This document shows positions 1-10,495 of a stretch of 45,704 nt of DNA, one piece after another; the stretch's first letter is position 1, and the number at the start of each line of letters is the position of its first letter. A program made the position numbers and the translations under genes. Location: assembly GCA_003971905.1 (NCBI GenBank), contig RSEE01000020.1:744001-789704 (forward strand). The letters run 5' to 3'. This DNA comes from Moniliella sp. 'wahieum'. Its lineage: Eukaryota. Under the pieces are notes generated by a model. That model saw nothing but the letters and a program-made list of their open reading frames with translations, was not told the origin of the DNA and searched no databases.

Positions 1-938
1 GGCGCCAGTGCCACCCTTGACGGTGAGCTCGCCGGCAACCTTAAGAATGACGTCCTTGGGCGCAGTCCAGCCCGACAGCTTGCCCTTCAGCTCAACACCG
101 ACCACCTTGGGGCACTTGAGCTCCCAAGGCAGGTTGGCCATCACGTCCACCGCATCAGCTCCACCGACACCGCAGGCAATCATGTTGAGACCACCAGCGT
201 TGGGGGTGTGCGAGTCGGTACCAATCATCAGACCACCAGGGAAGGCGGCGTAGTTCTCGAGAATGATCTGGTGGATGATACCCGACCCAGGCTTCCAGAA
301 GCCAATGCCGTACTTGGCCGTGCAGGTGGCAAGGAAGTCGTAGACCTCCTTGTTGATCTGCTTGGCGCGGGCAAGGTCAGCTTCACCGCCAACCTGGGCC
401 TGGATCAAGTGGTCACAGTGCACCGTGGTGGGGACAGCCGTCTTGGGGAGACCAGCCGACATGAACTGGAGCAGGGCCATCTGGGCAGTAGCGTCTTGGC
501 AGGCGACACGCTACAGAGAGGCAAGGAAGAAGCGGTCAGCAAGTGTCACGCACCAAAGCAAGGCTATGCTGCAAGCGAGAGAGAGAGCAAGTACTCACGT
601 CCGGGCGCAGCTTGAGGTAGGAGACACCACGCTCAATGTCCTGGGTGGGGGTCGTCCAAGTGGCCGTAGAGAATCTTCTCCGACATGGTGAGGGGGCGGT
701 TGAGGCGCTGCTGGACGATCTGGAGGTTGTCGTAGATGCGCTTGTAGTTGATGAAGTGGCCCTTGCCCACCTCGAGGGGCGACATCTCGACCTTCTCGTT
801 GAACATGGCGGGGTCGACGTCGGGGACCTGCTCTGCGACCGTGGCGGATGCGTACCCGCGGGTGGCCGCAGGGATGCGGGTGCTGGCCAGGGCAGCGCCA
901 CGGCGGGCGGAGGTGCGGAGGAGCGGGGCAGCGAGCAT
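1..938 (-). CDS. ACO1: Mitochondrial aconitate hydratase, N-terminal part (runs off window start)
   Basis: ATG at 938 with an Arg-rich transit peptide. Motifs [74 protein letters not shown]. Intron 511-598 (GTGAGT..GCTGAC..TAG). One apparent frameshift near 645. Confidence 0.96.
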
Positions 939-1409
939 GGCGTCGGCTGCGCGGGAGAAGGGCGGTGGTGGTGGGACAGAAGGCAGCCGGAGGCCTAGCT
1001 GGGCTGGGCTGCCTGCGAGCGCCAGCCGTCGCTTTTTAATCCAGCCGCCGAGGCCGCGGGCGCGGGCACGGCGCCAGTGGCGGCGCGTGCGGGGGAAGGC
1101 GGGGGACGCGGGCGCAGGGGCAGTATCCGGAGGCCGCGGCTGCCTTTGAAAACGAGCGGTGGCTCGTGGCATGCCGCCGCACCGGTGCTGTGCGCATGCG
1201 AGCCAACCCTACGGCCGCTGACAAATGGGCGCGATGTGCAGCCGGCAGTGCGCGGGCGTTTGGGCCGGGCCAAGCCGGAGATGGCAGTCGCAGCCCCTGC
1301 GTGTGCATCGCTCATGCATGTGCGTGCAGGCGGTGACACGCCCGGGCAGCCGGATAGCCGGGCAGCCGGGCAGCCGGAGAACGTCAACCGGCAGCAGGCG
1401 AGCCGGGCT

Positions 1410-1430
1410 GTCACATGTCACATGTCACAT
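1410..1430. repeat. (GTCACAT)3 heptamer array about 470 bp upstream of aconitase
   Basis: gtcacatgtcacatgtcacat read directly. Confidence 0.85.
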
Positions 1431-1763
1431 GCCATGTGGCAGCGGCGCAAGCGGGGCTACGCGGGTGCATGCGCCACCTGCTTTGGGCCAGCGTGAATGC
1501 ATGCGTTGCCTGCCAAATATCAAATCCCAGTCCCGACACAGGGGGATGTGCGGGGTCACGTGCCAACCCAGTCTGAGCGCACCTCAACTCAACCAACGCA
1601 GTTTACCCCAGACGCTCGCTTGGGCCATCTCCTGTCTGGCCACGCTACTAAAAGGGCGTGGAGGCACGGACATATATGTCACTTGGTGTTCCTTCCTAAG
1701 GCAACGAGAGCGAGAGAATCGTAGCAACGCACAGGCACGTGCTCGCCTGCTCCCCACCCCCCA

Positions 1764-4700
1764 TCACCCCCACTGCACCAGCCCCGCGTCCGACGCATCC
1801 TCCACCTCGTCATCGTCCACGCACAAGTTGTCGTCCACGTGCCCCTCGTGCCCGTCGCCCGGCGTCGCAGGCGACCCTCCCACCCGACGCGTCAGCCGAC
1901 GCACGCCCGTGGAAGCCCGCGATCGTGTCTGCACCCAGTCCAATCCCATCCACTCCGTCAGCCCCCACCCATCCGCAAGCCCTCCGGGAAAACACAACAT
2001 ACAAAAACGACTGCGCGTGCTGGTTGTATCCCTCGACTTGGTCGGCGCAAAGTCCCCCACATTGCTCAGATCCCTCGCCTCCTCCTCCTCCTCCTTCCAC
2101 TTCATCCCCCGACTCCTCGGGCCCAGACAGGTCGGCCTCCATCTGGAACAGGGCGCGCGAGGTGGGCGACGTACCAATCCGTTTTTTGCCATGAGGACGG
2201 GACGCAGTACCCTGCGCGCGCGCTTGCGTCCTCGGGCCGGTCCGGGCATGCGTCGGTGCCGCCCTGGACGTACTGCACCTGGCCGCGTCGGGACGAGCGG
2301 GGTTCGGGGGGACAGGTGGGACAGGGCGGGCGCCACGCCGAAAGCGGCCCCGTGTCGTCCCCGTCCGTGTCTGTGTCGGCTCGGGCGACGAGGAGGTAAG
2401 TAGGACGGTGTGCCGGCGCGGCCGGACAACAGGGGACGAGTCCTGCTGCAGCAGGGTCGGTCGAGCCCGTTTGGTCCCCCGCGGATCAAACGAAGGGTCG
2501 GGCTCGATCGGATCGATGCTCTCCCCGCGCGAGCTGCGATGGAGCTCAAGCGGGGAAGGTATGGCGCGCGCCTTACGCTTGCCCCTCGCTGGCTCGGTAG
2601 GCGCATGCACCGCACCAGTACCAGCTGGGCTGGAGGAGATCACGCCGTCCAACTCCTCGGCCTGGTCGCTGGCCGGGGCGAGAAGGAACGAGGCAGCCGG
2701 CTCGTCCGGGGTTAGGCACTCGGAATCTTGCTGGAATCCCGTCGAAACGGGGGGGTCGTGGCCCGCCCCTGGGCCTTGGGTACAGCGCACGGCTTGGACC
2801 CCCCATTCTCCTGGCGGGTACGACCCATTGGAGCAAGCACGGGGCTGGCACAAGAAGAGTCCAATTCTGGCAAGTCCGTTCCAAGCACTTGATTGTCCAC
2901 TGGGACTACTCGCTGCACTGGTTGCACCAACGACATGGAATCGGAATCCGAGTCCCCCCCCTCTGTGTCGGATGGCGAGAGGAAGAAAGGAAGAGTGGCG
3001 GATCGTCCGAGTCGAAAGAGTGGTCCGGCTTGCATCCGGGTTCAGGGGAACAACAACGAGGCCGGACAGAGGGATAGGATGGGGACGAGCCCCTTGAGGG
3101 AAGCAGGTGCGTCCGCTCCCGCCAAGACGAATGCGAACGAGAAGGTATGCTGGTGTTGGTGGTATGCTGCTTCAAGGGAGGGGGCTTGTTGTTCCACGAC
3201 GGCTCCTCATCCGACGTATCCGATACAACAGCGGCAGCATCCTCATCCTCCAAAGCGTACAAACTTGCCAGCAGTGGGTGGGTGGCCGAACGCTGCAGCC
3301 CCGCCGAGTCGGGACGCGCAACGTGTCCCGTCTGGCGGGCGGGGGTGGCCCAATCCGGGCCAGGACCCGACCGGGGAGCGTTTTCTTGGTCCCGCTGGCT
3401 CTGGAGGGGGGTGGGGAAGTGGGCCTGCCCAAAGAGCCGGAGAGTCTAGGTCGGTGGGTACTTGGATGGCGGTGAGGGAACTGGATTGGGACGGAGGGAC
3501 TATCAAGAGAGAGAAGGTCCGATATGCGCGGTAGCTCTTCGTCCGAGCTGTCCTGCAACGCCCGAAGTGCTTTGGAGACGATGCTTTCGCGCGGGCCGGA
3601 CAAAACGGTAGCGGAGGGAGGCGCCTCCTTGGGCGGAAGATCGTCGTCCGAATCGGAAAGGAGATATTTGGATCTCGACAGGTCGCTCGCATTGGCAAAA
3701 GACCCATACTGGGTTATGTCCTCCCTGTCCTTCTTCTTGTCCTTCTTGGTTGTCTTGGCTCTTGCTCGTTGGACGGTACGGCCAACGTCGATCATGCCCG
3801 GCTCAAACTCGGGCTGCGCAACGGGCTGCTTGACCACCTTGGGCTGGATATGGTCGGGGATCATGCGCGCCACATCGTCGTACAGCTCATAGGTACCCGT
3901 AGTGATTGAGCGCAGGACACTCTCGTGTTGAGACTTGGCTTGGTTCCATTTCCCTTCGTCCCGGCCCGGGGTGACCAGGACGACGACCTTGCCTTCCCGT
4001 TTGCGGCCGGTCCGGCCAATGCGCTGCAACATGCGCACCGGATCCGCCACCGAGTCGTAACACACAATCAAGTCCACCTCCCCAATATCCAGCCCTTCCT
4101 CCCCCACCGACGTGGCCACCAGCACTTGGTACTGGCCCTGCTGGAAATCCGCAATCGCCTTCTTTTGCTCTTTTTGCGCCATCCCGCGCGCCCGTTCCGA
4201 TCGTGTTGCTGCCCCACAAACCGACACGCACTGATCCCGTGCTGCGACAGACGCATCGTGATCTCCTCTACACACTCGCGCGAGGAACAAAATACCATAG
4301 CGCGGGACTGGGGGAGTGGCTCGTCGTCCCGTTGCCCTTGCGCTTGCGCTTGAGCCTGCGCCTGCGCAATGGCAGTCTGGTTAAAGTGATCTTCCAGAAT
4401 GCGGTGCAAGAGCTGAAGTTTGGGATGGCGGAACCCTTCTCCGGGCAGCCTGAGTTGGTCCAGCAGGGCCAACATGGATGCCACTCGGTGCTGGTCCGAC
4501 GAAAGGGCCCGCCTCGCTGATCTTGCTCGCACAGCGCCAACAGCCGCTCGCGAAAGACCATCGTCGAGGCATCCAGGAGAAAGGTGAGTGCATGCACGGC
4601 GGTGGCCGCCTTTCGGATCGTCGTTCGTAGTGCCGGCTGCGCACGCAGCACGTTCCGACACGCCTCGGATGTTTGTAAGCGGCGGAGAGAATAGGGCGTG

Positions 4701-6226
4701 AGCAAGTCCGCGCGCTGGTCCCCGCGCACCAACTGGAACCGGCGCAGCGAAGCAAGGTAGGCCTTTTCGAGCAAGGCGCAAAAGCGGTGTTTGATTTGGT
4801 CAATGATTGGCTCGCGCCCCACCCGCACCACCGTCTCCTTTTTGCGGTGCACATAGCGAAAAATATCGATCGCATCCGCCGTGCGAATCTCAATGGCACT
4901 GATGTGGAGCTTGTCGATAATCTGCTGCACCACCTCGGGCGACTTGCCCGGCGTGGCGGAAAGCGCGAGGATGCGGAAGGAGCGGTTGACCTGCATCAGC
5001 ATGGCGACAATCACCGTATATGCATAGCTGCCCGTTCCACGGTGCGCTTCGTCAATTACCAAGCACACGATTTCCTCGGGCTTGAGCAGCCCCAGTTTCA
5101 GGTCGTTGGCCAGCGTCTGCGGCGTCATGTAAAAGATCCGTTTCGCCCCATAGTCCACCTGCCGCAACGTGCTCTTCGTCTCGCCAGTCAGCTCCACCGC
5201 CACATTCCAAGGCAGACCACAGATGCGGTGGCAGGCCACTTGCTGCTGCGCCACCAAGGACGAGTGGGAGCAACAAAGATAATCTTTCCAGTCGGGTACC
5301 AGCGAAAGAAGTTGAGCATCACAACCGCTGCAATAAATGTCTTGCCGAGCCCAGTAGGCAGGGCAACGAGCACATTGCTGAAAGCCCAAAGGGTCAGTGG
5401 CGCGCTCCCAAACGGTGCAGGAAGGGGGAGAAGAAAGAACACACTTAAACAGGGCCTTTGGACAATGTTGAACTGGTAGTCGCGCACGGGCATATTGGTA
5501 GGGTAGATCCAGGTCACCGCAGCTTCGAGATCGACCTTGGGATGTACAGTGGTCTGCGAGGAACGAGCAAGACCCTCGTGCGCCAACCGCGCGTTCGCCC
5601 GGTCCGCATCCCAGTCTTCTACATCTTCTTCCGCTGGCTGTCCGGACTGGGGAACGGGTCGCCGACGGCGCAAAGGACCCGAGGCGGCAGTTTGGGACTT
5701 GTGCCAGCGCTTGCCCTGCCCATTGCGAGTTTCTGGCTGGGAGGTGTTTTGGACAGATAGCAAGCCGGGTTGGCGTTCGTCGACCCTATTGCCGTACAAA
5801 TCAACTTGCCCTCCAGCTGCATAGGCTGCAGCGGTAGGTGGATTAAAGATCCGGCGAGGTAGAGGGCGCGGGAAGCCTGATTTGGCAAACCAGGCTGGTC
5901 CTCATCAATGCCTGCCAAGACAGCGTTCGGACGATCGTCGACCCCGACATCGTCGTCGCTGTCGAGAACAATTGGGGTGGTATAGCTGGAGTCGGCGGAG
6001 GCGTTGGAGGTTGCTGTGGTGAGGTTGGGTTGGGGTTGGGGCGAGAGGGAGGGCGCTGGCGTTGGCGCGGGTTGAAGAGTCGTGGCTGGGGGGCATGGGG
6101 TCGTTGCTGTTGCTGGGGCTGTTGCTGTTGCTGTTGTTGCGGGTGAGGCGGAGGGGCGCGCATGTCGAGGTGGGCGATCAGCTCGTCGGCTGAGCCAAAC
6201 TCGTCGTCCGAGTCGGCAGTGGGCAT
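1764..6226 (-). CDS. MPH1: Mph1/Fml1/FANCM-family DEAH DNA helicase
   Basis: Likely start [12 protein letters not shown] at 6226. Motifs [73 protein letters not shown]; acidic C-terminal [10 protein letters not shown] segment. Intron near 5380-5444. Many frameshifts, so the C-terminal end is approximate. Confidence 0.92.
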
Positions 6227-7643
6227 CGGCAGGACATGCCCCAAGCGAGGCGGGGTGGGGCGGGAGAGATGGTGGTGGGCCGTGTCGCGTGGCATCGCGT
6301 TTGCCTCCGGACGCGCTCAACTAACTCTGAACGGTTAGCGTTTAACGTTTAACGTTTAACCCATTAATTGCAGGCGCGTCGGCTGGTTTCGGAATGCGCT
6401 CACGAGGCGGAATCGAGCCAGTAATAAACTGCGGGGCAACCATTGCACCGGTTCCCGAGCCCCAAGTAACCACATCTCTCAGTTTCATTTGTCCAGTGTG
6501 CAGTTTTTTCGCCACAGTACCAAAAACACGTCCTGCCCACTCTGTACTCAACACTGCACTATGGCAAGGAGTTTCAGCATGCAACACGGTTCAACGTTGA
6601 ATACCGATCGATTCGCCCTGTAAGGTGCGAGCTAACCGCTAACCCATCAGGCCTACCGTTTGAGAGTGATTGCAAAAACTCCAGTATTGTTTGTTGTTGA
6701 TTGTGACTACAACTCACCCCGCGATGTATCACATGTGCAAACAAAAGAAAGCGCTTGGGGAACTGTATCGCCCTGAAGGCTGTAGCGGACCCAGGAGAAC
6801 TAACAGATGCTATGCAGAGTCTGGACGTCCTGAACGATTCATTATGCCATGAAAAGCGGATAAAGAAAACGAAGAATAAAGAAAGAAACTCCGACTCTAT
6901 TTATATGTACTAAGAACCCCACACCAGCGGAGTGCACATATGCGTCAGTTCGACAGCAATGACCTTGGTTAAACGTTAATACTTGCAGGTAGGCGCAGTC
7001 TGCACCGTGGCTGTGTAGGCGCGTATATATAAGGCTGCGGTGGTAATGTTGTGGTTCCCGCAAAAGCGCCGAAGAGAGTAGGGATATATACGTGGTGTGG
7101 TGAGCTATAGCAACGCATGAGAGATATCTCAGACGGTTCCTCTACCAAATGAGATCGAGAGGCCACCACACAAAGATTCAAGGAAACGTATCTCTGTGGG
7201 ACAGGGGCATGTTGAAGAGGAAGAAGAAACACAGGGCCGCGGGAAGACCCGCTCGCTTTCGTACGTTAACCGCAACGGCTGTGGAAAGTAGATGGATGAT
7301 GTGATGATGCGGGCATGCCAGCTGTGTCGCTGCTGCTGGCCTCCTCATGCGTCCTGGGATGCATTGCATGTGGCACATGTGATGGACCACACCGCTGCCA
7401 GATTCTTCGAGGCATCCCCCACCAGCGCCACATTGAAATGCTTAGCCCGCGCACTATGTACAGTCCCCAGGCCCCAACGCCGAGCCCCAAGTGTCTCTGT
7501 CTGTGAAACTTACCACCAGTCCAGATCACATTTCTTCCCCTCTCGTTCGCGCTCGTTTCTTCAACCGCCTCCATCACGCCTGCCTTTTCCCCTTTTCCCG
7601 CAGCGCAAACCCCGCCCTGCTCCTTTCCACTGCTGTTACAGCC

Positions 7644-8941
7644 ATGGTCCATCCTTCTCACAGAGGAGATGGCCTGGCGCCTTTTCCCCATGCTGTGGCC
7701 GACCGGGAGCTGCTGTAAGCCGATGCCCTGTCTGAGTTCTGCGTCTCGGAATGCGTACACTTCTGACCGCAGGTTCTTTTGCGTCTCTCTAGTGAGTACC
7801 AGCTCACGCTTTGCGAGGCGCCTCAAACACGCGATCGCCTCCCCCGGTGCTGCCTGTACGTGCGGTGAGCCCCCAGCCCCTTCGCCCAGTCACACAAACT
7901 AACACAGGAGCTTCCTGGTTTAGCTCAGATGGGATCGATCCACCCCCCTCCCATGTTGCAGCTGCACGTGATTGCCCATGAGCAGCACAGTGAACCACCA
8001 CACGTTCTTCAGCATCCACTTTCGAGCCCACGAGGCCTGTCCGCCCGCGTGCTTGCTGCCCCTAGCCCTGGGCGAGAACAGCTCAAGACGGAACGAGGCA
8101 CTGGGTGGGAGGATCCTAGTTGGTATCTGTCCAATCCTTCTCTCTTTGTCTTTGCTTCGGTCGCTTCCGAGCAAGGCAGTACTTCTCCCCAACCTCTAAC
8201 AGGAGGGACTTCTGTCTCGTCCCTTTACCATCTACGTGATACTTCCTCCTCCGAGACCCGGGGATCTTTCTCTTTCCTCTCTCTCGATCCAAGCTGCAGG
8301 CCGGCACCGCCTTGCGTTCCACCTGTTTGAGATCATTGGGCGGACATTGTGCCATTGTAAAACCGTTTACTCCCCCTCGTTCAATGTGGATCCAGCAGCT
8401 GACACGGCCACACCAGCTGTACTGCCATCTTCATCGCCCCGCTCCCTGGCCCTACAAGGGGAGGGCGTCCATCGCGCCGGAACACCCCCAGCACGGAAAG
8501 AGTTTCCCAGAAAAGCCCCCCCCCAGAATGGCAGGAAAGAGGTTGCGAACTTCGACCCTCCATCCCCCCCGAACTGAGAGTTTTTCTTCTCAGGGAACCA
8601 GTGCCACCCCAACATTACCCCCGCCGGCAACATCGAGCGCGGGAGGTAGGATTACTCGAGCTGCGCAGCTAGACAGCTTGTCGTCTCATGCCCATTCTGA
8701 TTCTAGCAATACCTCCCCCTCGCCCCTTCTCGACGTACCTCCATGCGAGACGGGGGTGGGCCGAGACGCAATGCCCGAGCCAATCGGCGTGGAGCCTTCG
8801 CTGGCTCGGGCCGTACCTCTCTCAACCTTGCCTTCTTTGACAGGGCAGACACTTCCTCCACTCTCTGTAGCCCCCACCGACCCGCCGCGGACCATACCGA
8901 ACGGGCTAGGTATACCTTTTCCCAAACGATGGCCAGCCTAA
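7644..8941 (+). CDS. Divergent velvet-domain protein (VosA/VelC-like)
   Basis: Reconstructed across introns 7715-7792, about 7856/7865-7907 and 8123-8202 plus small indels: EYQLTLCEAP, IDPPP(P)MLQLHV, VLQHP, RILVG.TSVSSLYHLRD, LSIQAAGRHRLAFHLFEIIGRTLCHCKTVYSPSFNVDPA, RSLALQGEGV. These follow the velvet consensus blocks in order (YxLxVRQQP, PIDPPPIVQL, LQNP, LVGSxVSSLxxLKD, LSVRxEGxFRLxFSLFE, KSIxSxPFxV, RSFADQGV). Pro/Ser-rich tail follows. Confidence 0.8.
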
Positions 8942-9294
8942 GTGATTGCCATGTACTAAAGTACCCGCGCCCCGTTAGTTGTGCGCTTTTTTCTCTTTAT
9001 GTGACAGCATTGGCTGAGAGGGGCCACAGGAAGTGTAGGTGCGGAATTAACGATGAAGACATGGATGTAGATCACGAGCAGAACGTTGGTATCGACGGCC
9101 GCGACGAGGGTGGTATGCAAGATAAGGCGATTGGGCCCCAAGACCCGGGAAAGCGGAGGAACGGGGCAGCGCTTCATTTCTCACTTGAGGAAGCATATGA
9201 GAATGGTGCAGTCTGTTGGACATGCGTACGATTATTCCCCCAACCAAGCGCCTCAGCACAAGGGCCTGTTCACAAGCCCTTCAAGGCAACGCAG

Positions 9295-10330
9295 TTAGGG
9301 CAACTGGCCTCGCCTATTAAGCGCAAAGCGGAACCCTTCGTAAGTCTGCCATGGGGTCAGAAGAGTCCTTATGCTCACTAAGCGGGATAAGCAAACGTAC
9401 CAAGAAGCACAACGCATTTGACGGGATGTAGGTCAACACGCGAGGTGCCAAGCCACGGGAGAAGCCTCGGATCCCCTCCCGCTGAAAGATGATACGGAAA
9501 GCCTGGGTCATGCCAGAGGCCTGGCGGATGGCAACGTCGGTGGATGTGCCTCGTGTTTGAAGCAGCGTTTTGGCCACATCGAGTGTGTTGTCAGCGCCGC
9601 CGCCACCCCCCTGCAAATCCACCGGCCAGAATGTGAGTCCAAGGGTCGTACACTTCTTTGGGGTTGAGCACCTTCTTGGCCCACTCGTACGTGCTGAATT
9701 GAAGAGCAGTGAAAGGGACTGTCATGGTGAGGGTAGTGGGATAAGAAAGGTAGAACGCGCGCAGGCCCTCTTGTTGGTAAATATGATGGGCCGTTGAAAC
9801 GAGGGAGCGATTGCCCATGCCATGGATCTGCATTCTTTGTTTGATCACTATGCCAGCATCAACGTTCAACGTTAATCGCCCATTCGTCCGACAATGGAAG
9901 ACAGATACGTACCATCAAACGGGTTCATGAACGCATCTGACACGATGGTCGCAGCTGCACCCGACACGGCGGTTGAAACGACTTGATGCCCCTCTTGGTT
10001 GCCGCCCGTAGCATCCTTGACCAACTCGTATGTGCCAAAGTAGAGTGCGTGAGCTGGCCCGGCACCAAGAATCACACTCGACACGCCCCTCCACAGAGCG
10101 CGGGCGCCCTCCCGTGTGGTAATGTTGCGCAGTCCCTGCCCGACACTGGTGTAGGTCGCCGCAGGAGCGGCAGAGAGGACCTGCATACGCGTCCGCACGA
10201 CATCGATGGGGAACATGCACGCGTGCTCTGAAATGCCGGCGGCCGCACCAGCAATCATGTTGATGTGGAACGGCACCTCGCCCAGGCCTTCGTAATCGGG
10301 CTCTCCCTCAGCCATCATGGTGCCGGACAT
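9295..10330 (-). CDS. Mitochondrial iron carrier (mitoferrin, Mrs3/Mrs4 family)
   Basis: Carrier signatures PIDVVRTRMQ, PFDVIKQRMQ (across intron 9848-9912) and LDVAKTLLQ. Mitoferrin-type DYEGL, GAGPAHALYFGTYE, SYPTTLTMTVPF. Last intron gives LCFL|TYEGFRFALNRRGQLP*. Frameshift near 9600. Confidence 0.93.
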
Positions 10331-10442
10331 GGCGTGGGCGTTCTAGATGGAGGATCAGAGGGGAATGGGAATCTGATGTGCCACTCGAGCTTTGATGCCG
10401 AGAACAAAGCGAGATTCCTACCTCGAATAATTGTCTGGCTCT

Positions 10443-10495
10443 GATTTGATGATTGGCAACCCTACTGATTCAGATTTGTTGATTGGCAACCCTAC
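10443..10495. promoter_or_regulatory. 23-bp direct repeat (30-bp period), each copy with a CCAAT box on the minus strand, upstream of mitoferrin
   Basis: GATTTG(A/T)TGATTGGCAACCCTAC at 10443-10465 and 10473-10495. Regulatory role is inferred. Confidence 0.55.

Noticed and set aside
1225..2403. Long + strand ORF and other long antisense ORFs over real genes
   Set aside because: Low-complexity Arg/Pro/Ala translations expected in GC-rich DNA opposite bona fide genes.
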